Notes under the pieces: model-generated
Seen by the model: the letters and a program-made list of their open reading frames with translations, nothing else
Told to the model about the DNA's origin: nothing
Database searches by the model: none
Position numbers and translations under genes: made by a program
Assembly (NCBI GenBank): GCA_963794325.1
Contig: CAWCDG010000004.1
Span: 1,280,001-1,344,000 of the forward strand
Direction: 5' to 3'
DNA: 64,000 bases
Origin: an uncultured delta proteobacterium
GTDB lineage: Bacteria; Desulfobacterota; Binatia; Binatales; Binataceae
In this document: positions 48,280 through 58,411 of the stretch, in pieces
Layout: each line of letters begins with the position of its first letter
How positions within the stretch are numbered: position 1 is the first letter of the stretch

Positions 48280-49656
48280 TCAGTGGGAAATCTCGAAGTT
48301 GAGACCCAGCTCCGGATTTTGTACTTGCCCACCGCATGCGCGCGCCAGCAGCGGTGTTACTTCCTCGGCGAAGTACTGCATCTGATCCTCGATTTCTTTG
48401 CTCTGGAAGCCGCCCTTCTCGAACCATGCATTGAACGCGAAATCCTCGTAGCCGCAGCTTTCCTTGATTCGCATAATCTGCGCGGTCACTTCCGAAGGCG
48501 TCCCGAACAGCGCGACTTCTTTTTTCAGCAGCAGTGCGGGATCGACTTTTTTCGACGGATCGAGCTTCTCCTCATCGGCATCCGCGAGCACCGAGGCAAA
48601 GCCGAACGGCCCGTAATAGTCCCACTGCACTTCGAGCGCTTCCTTGTAGCGTTTCAGTTCGCGTTCGCGATCGTGGCCGGGAAGGACCATATGAATGTAG
48701 CGCCCGGTTAGAACGCCGCGCCGCTTTTCCGCGTCCCATCCGTACTTAAGCCTTCCGCGACCGAGCCTATCCGGCCATCCGGCTTTCTCCGCTTCTCGAT
48801 AGAAGGTCTCGACGTTCTTCTTGAGCCGCGAGTTGGGCTCGACGATGAAATATCCGTTGAGCCCGCGCTCCGCCGCCCATTTGATCGATCGCTCGGTCGT
48901 CAGCGGCTCCCACATCTGTGGATGCGGCCGCTGAATCGGTTGAGGAAAGACTTGCAGCTCTTTGAGCACCGTCGAGCTCTGCATCACGGGATTAGCGCCG
49001 CCGTATGGATCGGGCGACCCGATGCTCAGCACTTCTTCGAGTTTGCGTCCCGCCTTGCCGGATTCGAAGTACGCGATCGTCTGCTGATGGTTCCATCGCG
49101 TGAACACTGGCGGAATCGTGAAGAACTGCCCATGATGCGAGAACGACGGCTGCGTCCACGCCTTCATGATGATCTCGTAAGCTTCCTGGTAGTACGCGCG
49201 ATTGCGCTCCTGGTCCTGGATCGTCGCGAACGGCCATCCGAAAACCTCGGCCTCGCGCGGCTGATAGCCACGGCCGATTCCGAACTCGAGGCGCCCGTTG
49301 CTGATCACGTCGAGCATTGCGGCCTGCTCCGCGATTCGAATCGGATGCCACCAGGTAACGATGTTGGCAGCCTGCCCCAGCCGAATCTGACGCGTGCGCG
49401 CTGCGATCGCGGTCTCCGCCAACAGCGGATTTGGACTGAACTCCGCGCCCTCGGGCTGGAAATGATGCTCGGTCATGAAGAAGTAGTTGAAGCCAAGCTT
49501 GTCGGCGAGGATTCCCTGCCGCACTTGCGCGATCAATCCGCGCTGGCTGGATTCGTGGACTTCGGCGAGATTGCCGTCGTTGATCGCGACTCCCGACGTG
49601 GTCCGCACCACCGGGAGATCGGACGCACCGTTATGAAAAACTCCTATTTCGATCAT
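48280..49656 (-). CDS. LLM class flavin-dependent oxidoreductase
   Basis: MTEHHF, HPIRIAEQAAMLDVISNGR, GIGRGY, PQPIQRPHP. Confidence 0.93.
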   Translation of the reverse strand: MIEIGVFHNGASDLPVVRTTSGVAINDGNLAEVHESSQRGLIAQVRQGILADKLGFNYFFMTEHHFQPEGAEFSPNPLLAETAIAARTRQIRLGQAANIVTWWHPIRIAEQAAMLDVISNGRLEFGIGRGYQPREAEVFGWPFATIQDQERNRAYYQEAYEIIMKAWTQPSFSHHGQFFTIPPVFTRWNHQQTIAYFESGKAGRKLEEVLSIGSPDPYGGANPVMQSSTVLKELQVFPQPIQRPHPQMWEPLTTERSIKWAAERGLNGYFIVEPNSRLKKNVETFYREAEKAGWPDRLGRGRLKYGWDAEKRRGVLTGRYIHMVLPGHDRERELKRYKEALEVQWDYYGPFGFASVLADADEEKLDPSKKVDPALLLKKEVALFGTPSEVTAQIMRIKESCGYEDFAFNAWFEKGGFQSKEIEDQMQYFAEEVTPLLARACGGQVQNPELGLNFEISH

Positions 49657-49683
49657 ATGCCCTCCGTGCCCGCTGCCGGTCGT

Positions 49684-50937
49684 CTAGTGCTGTACAGACG
49701 CCAATACGCCGCGGCGCCGCTCGAGTAGCAACTCGACATCGAACTTGAACATCCTCGCCGCATTGAGTCCGAGGATCTTCGCGCGCGTACCGTCACTGAG
49801 ATGACCCATCTCGCGCTCGATCGCTTCCGCCGAGTGCGGCCAGGTTCCTTCGGCGTGTGGATAGTCATTGGCCCACATGAAGTTGTCGACCAGCTTCCAT
49901 TTCTCCGCGAGCTCAAGCCCGGCGCGATCTTCCTGAAACGTCGCGGCCCCGTTGCTGCGGAAATATTCGCTGGGCAACCGCTTGAGCTTCGGATACGCCC
50001 ACAGATGATGCTTGCGATATGCCTCGTCCATCGCGTCGAGCGCCCACGGTACCCATCCGATGCCGCTCTCGACTGCGGCAAATCTGATCTTCGGAAATCT
50101 CTCGAGCACGCCGGAGCCGCACAGGCTCGCGACCGGCTCGATGGTAGGCGACAGCGAATGCGATACGTAATTGATCACCGCGCCGCCCTCCTTGCGCGCC
50201 ACGCGTGGATCGCGCCCGGTCGAGACATGGAACGTGATTGGCAAATCGCAATCTTCGATCGCCGCCCACATCGGATCGTACACGGTCAAATTGTAATTGG
50301 GATCGCGCGAGTCGTGGCCGCCGAAGACCGGCTTGCACGGAAGCGTCAGGAACCGGAACCCGATTTTCGCAACCCGCTTGATTTCCTCGATCGCCAGCGC
50401 AACCTCCGACGTCATGATGGCCGCAGCCGGTGACATGAAGTCGTTGTACTCGCCGTACATTTCCCAGGCGAAGTCGTTCCATACGCGGCACTGCGCCATC
50501 CCGAACGCCGCGTCCTTGGTAGCGAACATCATCAAGCCCTTGTTCGGGAAGATAATCTCCGCATCGATGCCGTCGCGGACCTGATCCTGAATTCGTTCTT
50601 TCGGATCTGCTCCCACCCGGCCGCGCAAGCGGTCCTCACTATTCTCGCGCGGAACGTCGCCAATCATGCGCGCACGAACGCGCGATTTGCCGACACCCTC
50701 AGCGATGAACCACTTCTCACCTTTGGCGTCGACTTCGACGTGCGGCAGACGGTCGCGAAATTTCAAATCGATCCGATCGCGCCACAAATTGCCGGGCTCG
50801 TTGGCATGGCAGTCCGCCGAGATCATCAGGTACTTGTCCGGATCCCCGGGTCTGGCAGTGCGTGGCCATCCTTGATGCCCGGGGGTCTCGACCCGATAGC
50901 GATTCTTCTCATCAACTTCGTAATGGGCTTGCTCCAT
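49684..50937 (-). CDS. Amidohydrolase-2 family protein
   Basis: ISADCHANEP, ESGIGWVP, MWANDYPHAEG. Confidence 0.93.
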   Translation of the reverse strand: MEQAHYEVDEKNRYRVETPGHQGWPRTARPGDPDKYLMISADCHANEPGNLWRDRIDLKFRDRLPHVEVDAKGEKWFIAEGVGKSRVRARMIGDVPRENSEDRLRGRVGADPKERIQDQVRDGIDAEIIFPNKGLMMFATKDAAFGMAQCRVWNDFAWEMYGEYNDFMSPAAAIMTSEVALAIEEIKRVAKIGFRFLTLPCKPVFGGHDSRDPNYNLTVYDPMWAAIEDCDLPITFHVSTGRDPRVARKEGGAVINYVSHSLSPTIEPVASLCGSGVLERFPKIRFAAVESGIGWVPWALDAMDEAYRKHHLWAYPKLKRLPSEYFRSNGAATFQEDRAGLELAEKWKLVDNFMWANDYPHAEGTWPHSAEAIEREMGHLSDGTRAKILGLNAARMFKFDVELLLERRRGVLASVQH

Positions 50938-51225
50938 GGAAGACCTCGCACAGAGTTTTTGAAGAATTGGTTATCGACCTATGACGCTAGACGAGGACGC
51001 CCTTTGCGCGCAATCAATTGCGCGGCTCGATTCGGTAGCGGATCGGCACTGTTTCGGCCCTCCGACGAACGTCGCGGCGATGTCATCTGTCGGCGACGCC
51101 AGCTCTATCCATTTGAGTTTTGAGAAGCCCCTGCACCTGGGTTCGACCGTGTCCGAGTCGGCGATGTCGGCAAGCGGCCGCTGATGATACAAGATTGCGT
51201 TGCTCTCAGGAGGCGTGGCGGATCT

Positions 51226-54200
51226 ATGCGTTGTTCGAAGTGCGGAACCGAAAGCGCGAGCGGTAGGAAGTTCTGCGCAGCTTGCGGTAGCCCGATTTCC
51301 AATCGATGCCCGAAGTGTGGCGCTGAAAACGTGCTTTCATCGGCATTCTGCGAGGACTGCGGTGCCGCGCTAGCCCCTAACACGGCGCCGTCTAATTCGA
51401 CGCCGCGAACGTTTGCGGCCGATGTGCGAGTCGCGGCGGAGAGTAGCTCACCCGAGAATCTCGAAGGCGAGCGCAAGACGGTTACGGCGTTGTTCGCCGA
51501 CATCAAGGGATCGACCGAGCTCGAGCAGGACATGGATCCCGAAGAGGCGCGCGCAATCATCGATCCGGCGCTGAAGCTGATGATCGACGCGGTCCACCGC
51601 TACGACGGGTACATCGTGCAGTCCACCGGCGACGGCATCTTCGCGCTGTTCGGCGCGCCGGTCGCGCACGAGGACCATCCGCAACGCGCTGTGTATTCGG
51701 CCCTGCGGATGCAGGACGAGTTGCGCCAGTATGCCGGCCAGCTGCGCGCGGAGGGCAAGGCGCCTATCGCGGTGCGCGTGGGCGTGAACACTGGTGAAGT
51801 CGTCGTCCGATCGATTGCGACCGGCGCCGGGCAAGTCGAGTACACGCCGATCGGGCATGCCGCGAATCTCGCCTCGCGGATGCAAACGCTGGCAATGCCG
51901 GGTTCGGTCGTCGTCAGCGAGAACAGTCGAAAGCTCATCGAAGGATACTTCGCGCTCAAACCGTTGGGTCCGACCAAGGTCAAAGGCGTCAGCGAGCCGG
52001 TCAACGTCTATGAGGTCATTGGGCTGGGGCCGCTGCGCACGCGACTTCAGCGCTCAGCCGGGCGCGGGCTGACGAAATTCGTCGGCCGCGAGCGCGAGAT
52101 GGAGGCGACACGCAACGCCTCAGAGCTTGCGCGCGCGGGCCGCGGACAGATCGTGGCCGCGATGGCGGAGGCGGGAACCGGCAAGTCGCGCCTATTCTAC
52201 GAATTCAAAGTCAAGAACCAGTCGGGATGGATGGTGCTCGAGACCTTTTCGGTTTCGCATGGCAAAGCCAGCGCATATTTTCCTGTGATCGATCTGTTGC
52301 ACGGCTATTTCCGTATCGGTTCGGAAGACGACGCTCGCACGCGGCGCGAGAAGATCGGCGGCAAAGTGCTGATGCTGGATCGTGCGCTTGAAGATACGCT
52401 GCCTTACCTGTTCGGCCTGCTTGGAATCGTCGACGGTGAAGATCCGCTGTCGGGGATGGACGCGCAAGTGCGTAAGCGGCGCACGCTGGACGCGATCAAA
52501 CGGATAGTTCTGCGTGAATCGCTAAATCAGCCGCTGATGGTGATTTTCGAGGACCTGCATTGGATCGACGAAGAAACACAAGCGTTCTTGAATCTGCTCG
52601 CGGATTCGATCCCGAACTCGAAGATCCTGATGCTGGTGAACTACCGCCCGGAATACTCGCATCAGTGGAACAGCAAGACTTACTACACGCAGTTGCGGCT
52701 CGACCCGCTCGGCAAGGAGAGTGCCGACGAAATGCTGTCCGCGCTGGTCGGCGACGGCGCTGATCTCGCACCGCTCAAGCGGGTCATCATCGACAAGACC
52801 GAGGGCAACCCGTTCTTCATGGAGGAGACCGTGCAGGTCCTGCTCGACGAGGGCGCGCTGGTCCGCGAAGGCTCTGCAACCAGACTTACCCGGCCGATTG
52901 CCGAGCTCAAGATTCCGCCGACCGTGCAGGGCATACTCGCCGCGCGTATCGACCGCTTGCCTGCTGATGAGAAGGACTTGCTCCAGACCTTGGCGGTGAT
53001 CGGCAAAGAGTTCGCGCTTTCATTGGTTCGTGCAGTCGTCTCGAAATCCAATGACGAACTCACTCGGATGCTCAGCAGCTTGCAGTTGGGGGAGTTCATT
53101 TATGAGCAGCCAGCAATAGGCGACGTCGAATACAGCTTCAAGCACGCACTGACCCAGGAGGTCGCGTATAACTCGCTGCTGACTGAGCGGCGAAGGGAAT
53201 TGCATCGGCGCACCGCGGTGGCGATCGAGTCGCTTTACGCCGCGCGGCTCGAAGACCGCTATACCGAGTTGGCGCATCATTGGACACAAGCGGGTGAACC
53301 GCTGCGCGCGGCCACCTGGCACGCGCGCATGGCCCGCTGGGTGCGGATAACCGATCTCGCGGCGTCCCGGCGTCATTGGAGCCGCGCGCGCGCACTGCTT
53401 GTCCCGCTCCCTTGGGGCGCCGAGCGAACCGCGCTGCTCCTCGAGGCGTACCCCGAGCTGATCGACACGCTCGATCGCCTTGGTGCCGAGCCGGCCGAAT
53501 CCGACGCCGTCTACCTCGAAGGGATCGCTGTCGCTCGACAGGCGGGTGATCGCGGTACGGAGGCCTTGATCGAAGCCGCCTACGGCAACCTCAGGAGCTC
53601 CCAGAACGATATCGACGGCATGGTCGAGCACGCCTCTGTCGCCACGACGCTAGCCGATGCGAAGGGCGACCTGGCTATCAAGCTCTTCGCTCGCCATGTT
53701 CTGGGGCGCGGTTTTGCATGGCAGACGCGCTATCGGGAAAGCGTCCGCACATTCAATGAGAGCGTTGCGATCGCAGGTAGCGATTCGGCCGCCGAGATCG
53801 AGGTGCTCGGCTGGAGACCCTACATCGAATCGCTGGGAATCCGGGGCGCAGTCTTGAGCATCATGGGCCGGCCTAGGGAAGGTCTTGAGTTCGCCGAAAA
53901 ATTTCCCCTACTGCTCCGCCGATCCGGGACCGGTTCGGACATCTCATCGGCTGCCACCGACCGGTTCTGGCCCTGTTGGATGTTGGGGGATGCACCGCGC
54001 GCCCGGCGTTACTCGGACGAAGCCTTGCAGATGGCCGAGCGTTACGGGTCAGATCGGAACATCGTGTACGCGCTGATGGCGTGCGGTAACGCGAGCACGC
54101 TCGGGCTCCGCTGGGAAGAAGGCAACGGATTTCTCGAGCGCGCCGGGCAGCGCATATCAGCGACAGGCGCAGGGGCGGAGTGGGCCGTATTGGTCTATGC

Positions 54201-54567
54201 TCACCAAGCGCTTTGTCTGGCCGAACTCGGCGAGCGAGAGCGGAGTTTGGATCTGGTGCGCAGAACCAGGGCACTAACGATCCCTCTGGCACGTTCGATT
54301 GGCTTTCTCAGGGCGCGTGTTCTGCGAATCGTCAACGGCGCTCAAGACCTGGACGAGCTCGAAGCCGAGATTGTGGAAACACTGGAAGTATTGCACCTCG
54401 CTGAGGCAAAGGGATGGCTCCCTTTACTCCTGCTCGAGCGCGCGGGTCTCGCCCGCCTGCGCGGCGAGGCGGACGGCATGGCGCGCGACATGGCCGAAGC
54501 GCGGCGTCTGTTCGCGGAGATGGGCGTGACCGGCTGGAACGAGTATGCGAGGTCGATCGAGGCTTGA
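51226..54567 (+). CDS. Double zinc ribbon + class III cyclase + AAA/STAND ATPase + TPR-like protein
   Basis: CxxC repeats, LFADIKGST, TGDG, NLASR, AEAGTGKS, EDLHW, GNPFF. Confidence 0.93.
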   Translation: MRCSKCGTESASGRKFCAACGSPISNRCPKCGAENVLSSAFCEDCGAALAPNTAPSNSTPRTFAADVRVAAESSSPENLEGERKTVTALFADIKGSTELEQDMDPEEARAIIDPALKLMIDAVHRYDGYIVQSTGDGIFALFGAPVAHEDHPQRAVYSALRMQDELRQYAGQLRAEGKAPIAVRVGVNTGEVVVRSIATGAGQVEYTPIGHAANLASRMQTLAMPGSVVVSENSRKLIEGYFALKPLGPTKVKGVSEPVNVYEVIGLGPLRTRLQRSAGRGLTKFVGREREMEATRNASELARAGRGQIVAAMAEAGTGKSRLFYEFKVKNQSGWMVLETFSVSHGKASAYFPVIDLLHGYFRIGSEDDARTRREKIGGKVLMLDRALEDTLPYLFGLLGIVDGEDPLSGMDAQVRKRRTLDAIKRIVLRESLNQPLMVIFEDLHWIDEETQAFLNLLADSIPNSKILMLVNYRPEYSHQWNSKTYYTQLRLDPLGKESADEMLSALVGDGADLAPLKRVIIDKTEGNPFFMEETVQVLLDEGALVREGSATRLTRPIAELKIPPTVQGILAARIDRLPADEKDLLQTLAVIGKEFALSLVRAVVSKSNDELTRMLSSLQLGEFIYEQPAIGDVEYSFKHALTQEVAYNSLLTERRRELHRRTAVAIESLYAARLEDRYTELAHHWTQAGEPLRAATWHARMARWVRITDLAASRRHWSRARALLVPLPWGAERTALLLEAYPELIDTLDRLGAEPAESDAVYLEGIAVARQAGDRGTEALIEAAYGNLRSSQNDIDGMVEHASVATTLADAKGDLAIKLFARHVLGRGFAWQTRYRESVRTFNESVAIAGSDSAAEIEVLGWRPYIESLGIRGAVLSIMGRPREGLEFAEKFPLLLRRSGTGSDISSAATDRFWPCWMLGDAPRARRYSDEALQMAERYGSDRNIVYALMACGNASTLGLRWEEGNGFLERAGQRISATGAGAEWAVLVYAHQALCLAELGERERSLDLVRRTRALTIPLARSIGFLRARVLRIVNGAQDLDELEAEIVETLEVLHLAEAKGWLPLLLLERAGLARLRGEADGMARDMAEARRLFAEMGVTGWNEYARSIEA

Positions 54568-54590
54568 GCTGATCCGCTATCTACCCTTGG

Positions 54591-56699
54591 CTAGTGCACG
54601 AAGTTGCCGCCTATCAGGTATACGGGGCCGTTCAACGTGTTGATTGCGAGGCCGTTGGTGCCCCATCGGATGATGTGCGTGGGGGAGCCGGGGAAATTGG
54701 GAATACTGATGGACGACACGTGGGTGAATTCGTTGAGATTGAAGCTCTCGATCGTGCCGTCATCTTCGGCAAAGAAGGCTTCGTTCAGGGTCGAGTCAGG
54801 CACCATCACACCGGCAGCGCTGCGGTCGAAGATGCCGACAAGACTTCCGTTCGATGGATCGATTACTTGCCCGTCGTCCGCGTAGATGAGTCCAGTAGCT
54901 TTATCGAAATGAATTTTGTTGCCGAAGGAGTCGAACACACTTTGGTAATCATTGTTCAACGAGACTCCCATCGCGTTTACCGCCAGCGTGTAAAAGTCGA
55001 AGCCTGTATCTTCACTATTCGCCGCGTAAAGTATGGTGTCATCGCCGCCCCACTGAAGCGAATCAAAGATAGCGCCGCCGGCTGGGACGAACGTCGGACG
55101 CATGGTGGAGTCGTCGAAGATCTCGACACTGGATGCCGATGGACTGATACCCATGACTCCCAGGCTGACCGCTGTGGTATGAGGTGCGCCCGGGGCGACC
55201 TGCAGATCAAAGGCAAAAAATGGACGATCGCCGTCGCCACCCGGCAATGGATAGCTTATGTCGTTCGACAGGCCGGGTAATTTAAAGCGCTGGACCGATG
55301 CGGCACCGTCCATTCCCGCATAGAGGTATGAGCTATCGTCGGAGATAGCCAGTGCGCCGGGACCCTTGCCGGTAGGGATCGAAGACGTTATCGAGGCGGA
55401 GGGGAAACGAATCACAGAGATGCTGCCGGGGTTGGTCAGAGACGAACCCGGCGCGGACAGGTAGAGCGCATGGTTTACCCGATCGTAGACAATGTCATTC
55501 GTTGCCTGATCGATCTCGACTTCCGCGAATCCATCGCCGCCAGTCTCGCCGACAAAGAATGTCTGCGGCGCCGAGGTCTGCGCATTGGTGGAGACCGTGA
55601 CATTGTTCACACCGGGGGCGAATGTGTAGGCCGCCGGAATGGTCGCATTCAATTGATTGGCTGAAGTGAAAGTCGTGGTCAGAGGCGTGCCGTTCCATTC
55701 GATGGTGCTGGAGGCAGTAAAGTTGCATCCGCATACGCTGAGCGGCGAATCCGGACTGTCGAACACTGCCGAGCTTGGCGCGAGCGATGTGACGGTCGGT
55801 GGACCGGCCATGCATCCGGCACCCGGATTCGGGCATGGGATTGGGGTTGGGGTTGGCGTTGCCGTAGGAGTTGGCGTCGGGGTCGGGGTCGGAGTGGATG
55901 ATGGGTGTGGCTGGTAATTTATGGTTTGTCCGAAAATTTTACCTTTCGCGCTTTCGATGTTCAGCATCGTTCCCGAGGTCGAAATTTCCAGATTCAGCTT
56001 GCCGGCGTTGCCCACTAACGCGACCTTCGATTTGTCAGTGCCGGAGTCATAACTTCCAGTGGCGGTAAAGTAGCTTGTCGCGCCGGTCGAGAGTTCGATG
56101 CTCGCGGTTCCAGTGTAGGCGTTTCCCTCGGGAGTCAGATTCAGGAACAGGAGCCATGCTCCGGTGGAGTCAACCGGCAGTGCCAGCGGCGTTAGCGCCG
56201 AACGCTTGAAGGAACCGGTGTCGCGGGCGGTCTGGCCGGTGGAAAGATCTCTTATCGTGATCGTTCCGGAACCGGAGGGATGTTCGAGTCCCTTGTCGGT
56301 GCCGTTCAATCGGTAGCGCATGTGTGCCGAGAAAGTGACCTTCGCGCCGATTCCCTCCAGGACGCCTTTGCCCGACATCAGCAGTTTCATCGCCACATGG
56401 GGATCGGTCGAGGAGTCCGTCATGCTGCCGCTGATGCTTGTGATATCGCCGCCCAGGCCGTCGAAATAGAAAGTCCCGGTGCCTGTCAGCCGGCCGGACG
56501 AGTTTTCCACTATGAAAAAATTGAGCGAGAAAGGGCCGATATCTCCGGAATAGAGCCCCGAAATGTCCCAGAGAGGGAGGATGTTGCTGAAATCGAAAAG
56601 GTAGCTGCCGTTGGCCATGTCGGCATCGGCGGCGGTTGAAACGAGGAGCAAAATCAGCGCCAGAAGGGCGGGAAGAATTTTTCGTGGAGATCCAAGCAT
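54591..56699 (-). CDS. Secreted modular protein: novel N-domain, Pro/Thr linker, IPT/TIG domain, beta-propeller
   Basis: Signal peptide; (TP)n; PTVTSLAPSS...G.NFT...WNGTPL; propeller ending IRWGTNGLA. Confidence 0.8.
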   Translation of the reverse strand: MLGSPRKILPALLALILLLVSTAADADMANGSYLFDFSNILPLWDISGLYSGDIGPFSLNFFIVENSSGRLTGTGTFYFDGLGGDITSISGSMTDSSTDPHVAMKLLMSGKGVLEGIGAKVTFSAHMRYRLNGTDKGLEHPSGSGTITIRDLSTGQTARDTGSFKRSALTPLALPVDSTGAWLLFLNLTPEGNAYTGTASIELSTGATSYFTATGSYDSGTDKSKVALVGNAGKLNLEISTSGTMLNIESAKGKIFGQTINYQPHPSSTPTPTPTPTPTATPTPTPIPCPNPGAGCMAGPPTVTSLAPSSAVFDSPDSPLSVCGCNFTASSTIEWNGTPLTTTFTSANQLNATIPAAYTFAPGVNNVTVSTNAQTSAPQTFFVGETGGDGFAEVEIDQATNDIVYDRVNHALYLSAPGSSLTNPGSISVIRFPSASITSSIPTGKGPGALAISDDSSYLYAGMDGAASVQRFKLPGLSNDISYPLPGGDGDRPFFAFDLQVAPGAPHTTAVSLGVMGISPSASSVEIFDDSTMRPTFVPAGGAIFDSLQWGGDDTILYAANSEDTGFDFYTLAVNAMGVSLNNDYQSVFDSFGNKIHFDKATGLIYADDGQVIDPSNGSLVGIFDRSAAGVMVPDSTLNEAFFAEDDGTIESFNLNEFTHVSSISIPNFPGSPTHIIRWGTNGLAINTLNGPVYLIGGNFVH
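55838..55896 (-). repeat. Pro-Thr coding linker repeat
   Basis: Degenerate hexamer repeat encoding STPTPTPTPTPTATPTPTPIP. Confidence 0.8.
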
Positions 56700-56793
56700 C
56701 GCGAGCGTCCGCCCAAAGCCGATGAAATGGTTTGATCCTTCGGCTTGACGGTGTGTTTACACGGAATCGGGCTGTAGTGAAAGCTTTGGGGAG

Positions 56794-56817
56794 CCCTAAC
56801 CCATGGTCCCTTCCCCT
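56794..56817. repeat. Left half of a degenerate REP-like repeat (copy 3), interrupted
   Basis: CCCTAACCCATGGTCCCTTCCCCT resembles CCTAACCCCTAACCCCTTCCC of copies 1 and 2. Confidence 0.45.
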
Positions 56818-56954
56818 TGTACGTGCGTGGGACATGGGTAACGGATCGTGCGAGGACATGGGTAACACCTGGCCGGCGGAGTAAGCCATCTCTCAGGAGG
56901 TGGCTGCGATGCCGTGAGGGAGAGGTTACTCGGGTGAGCTTGCGCGAAGAGTTT
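56818..56954 (+). mobile_element. IS481-family left-end remnant with frameshifted, truncated transposase start
   Basis: Starts TGT; tandem GGACATGGGTAAC repeats; SD AGGAGG; ATG 56909 reading MPW(fs)GEVTRVSLREEF, then homology stops. Confidence 0.7.
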
Positions 56955-57132
56955 AAGGGTCAGGATTTTCTGGAACCGCTCTCCTATGCTCGCCTGCCAG
57001 CCCCATTGATTGCCAGGGAACAGGCGGCGCTCAACAAATTGAGCGCGGATTCCGCTGCCGGCGTATCGCGGGAGCGGTAGAGCTACCGCGTGCCGAGGAG
57101 CGCTAACTCCCGCCTCCATCGCCGGACCTGGG

Positions 57133-58053
57133 TCATCGCGCCGGCCGATGGTGCCCCCAGAGACTGATCGCCTGGTATTCGTGGAAGGGCTCGGTGGCAA
57201 CGTCGACCTGTCGGGTGCCGTAGCCGACTTCGAACAGGAACCCCGACGGCGTGACGGCATAAAATGAAAAGGTCCGCTCGTCGATATGCTGGCCGAGCGA
57301 CAGCTCAATCGGGACCTTTTCGGCCAGCGCGCGTTCCCAGGCGTAGCCGACGTCCTCCATGAAATTGGTCTCGACCATGAAGTGATGCATGCGCTTGCCG
57401 CCGGGCGTCTGTATTAGCGCCAGCGAATGGTGGCGCGGGTTGCAATAGAAAAACAAACCCTGGAGACCGACCGCCCGCCAATCGAGATGCGCATGGTTCA
57501 CCAGCCCCAGCATATCGCGGTAGAAGGCGCGGCTGCGATCGAGGTCGCGCACGGTCAACAGCAGGTGGCCCATGCCGGTGTAGCCGGTAAGAAAGCCGCG
57601 CGGCACCAGGGTCGATTGAAACGGGCGCGGACTACATCGCGGGCCGCTGAAAAGCTCGAGCGGATTCCCGTCGGGATCCTCGAAGCAGACCAGCCGCTCG
57701 ACGCGCCGGGCCCGTTGCTGGTCGCCCGAGCCCTCGCGCAGCCGCACCCCGCCCTGCTCGAGGCGCTCCACGATCGCGTCGAAGGTCGCGTCGTCGCCGG
57801 CTTCCCACCCCGCGGCCGTGATGTCGTCGGACGCGCCGTGCGAAAGCGACACGCGATGCTGGTAGTGATCGTGAGTGAAGACCAGCGCGTCGTCGTCGGC
57901 CGGCACCATCCCGATTACGCCTTGTAGCAGCCGTTGCCAGCGCGGCACATCGGCAACCTCGAAGCACAGGTAGCCAAGCTTGAGATTGCCCAGCGGCACA
58001 TGGTGTTGCGCAAAGCGGTCGCCAGCGATCGAAGATTTTTCTTCACCGTCCAT
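57133..58053 (-). CDS. VOC-family extradiol ring-cleavage dioxygenase (BphC/HsaC-like)
   Basis: LGYL.FE, DPDGNPLE, GMGH, RHHSLA, MHHFMVE, LGQH, FY..TPSGF.FE. Confidence 0.93.
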   Translation of the reverse strand: MDGEEKSSIAGDRFAQHHVPLGNLKLGYLCFEVADVPRWQRLLQGVIGMVPADDDALVFTHDHYQHRVSLSHGASDDITAAGWEAGDDATFDAIVERLEQGGVRLREGSGDQQRARRVERLVCFEDPDGNPLELFSGPRCSPRPFQSTLVPRGFLTGYTGMGHLLLTVRDLDRSRAFYRDMLGLVNHAHLDWRAVGLQGLFFYCNPRHHSLALIQTPGGKRMHHFMVETNFMEDVGYAWERALAEKVPIELSLGQHIDERTFSFYAVTPSGFLFEVGYGTRQVDVATEPFHEYQAISLWGHHRPAR

Positions 58054-58138
58054 GATGCGATTCCTCGCCGACCAGTACGCATCTCCCTTTCGCAGTTGAG
58101 CTTGAGATGGAACCCGTCGCTGACCGGCCTCCCTACCA

Positions 58139-58372
58139 CTAGCGCGTCATGAACTGCGCGTCGACCTCGACCTGGTAGCCGTTGGCGAGCCGATTGGTCT
58201 CGTTCGCCATCCCGACCACCGCCATCAACTCGCCCAGCATCGCCTCGCTCATCCCGGCCTTGCGCGCCGCCGCGGTATGGGATCGGATACAGTACTCGCA
58301 GCCGTTGGTGGTGCTGACCGCGAGATAGAGCATCTCCTTGACCAGCGGCTCCAGCGCTCCGCCCGGCGCCAT
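58139..58372 (-). pseudogene. Carboxymuconolactone decarboxylase/AhpD-like gene, probably 5'-truncated
   Basis: MAPGGALEPLVKEMLYLAVS..NGCEYCI.SH core only; upstream sequence is not family-like. Confidence 0.7.
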
Positions 58373-58411
58373 CTTATTCGCGGGCTGGCTTGATGTTCGG
58401 ACTAAACAATA

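Noticed and set aside
56822-56866. Tandem ~20-bp repeats as a possible CRISPR array
   Set aside because: Only two units with a 4-bp gap, no cas genes; better explained as IS481 subterminal repeats
56817-57080. 87-aa ORF
   Set aside because: Chimeric read-through of the IS end and flanking DNA; only ~12 codons are transposase-like
57068-57113. Nested hairpin downstream of the dioxygenase
   Set aside because: Short GC-rich stems without a U-tract; expected by chance at this GC content
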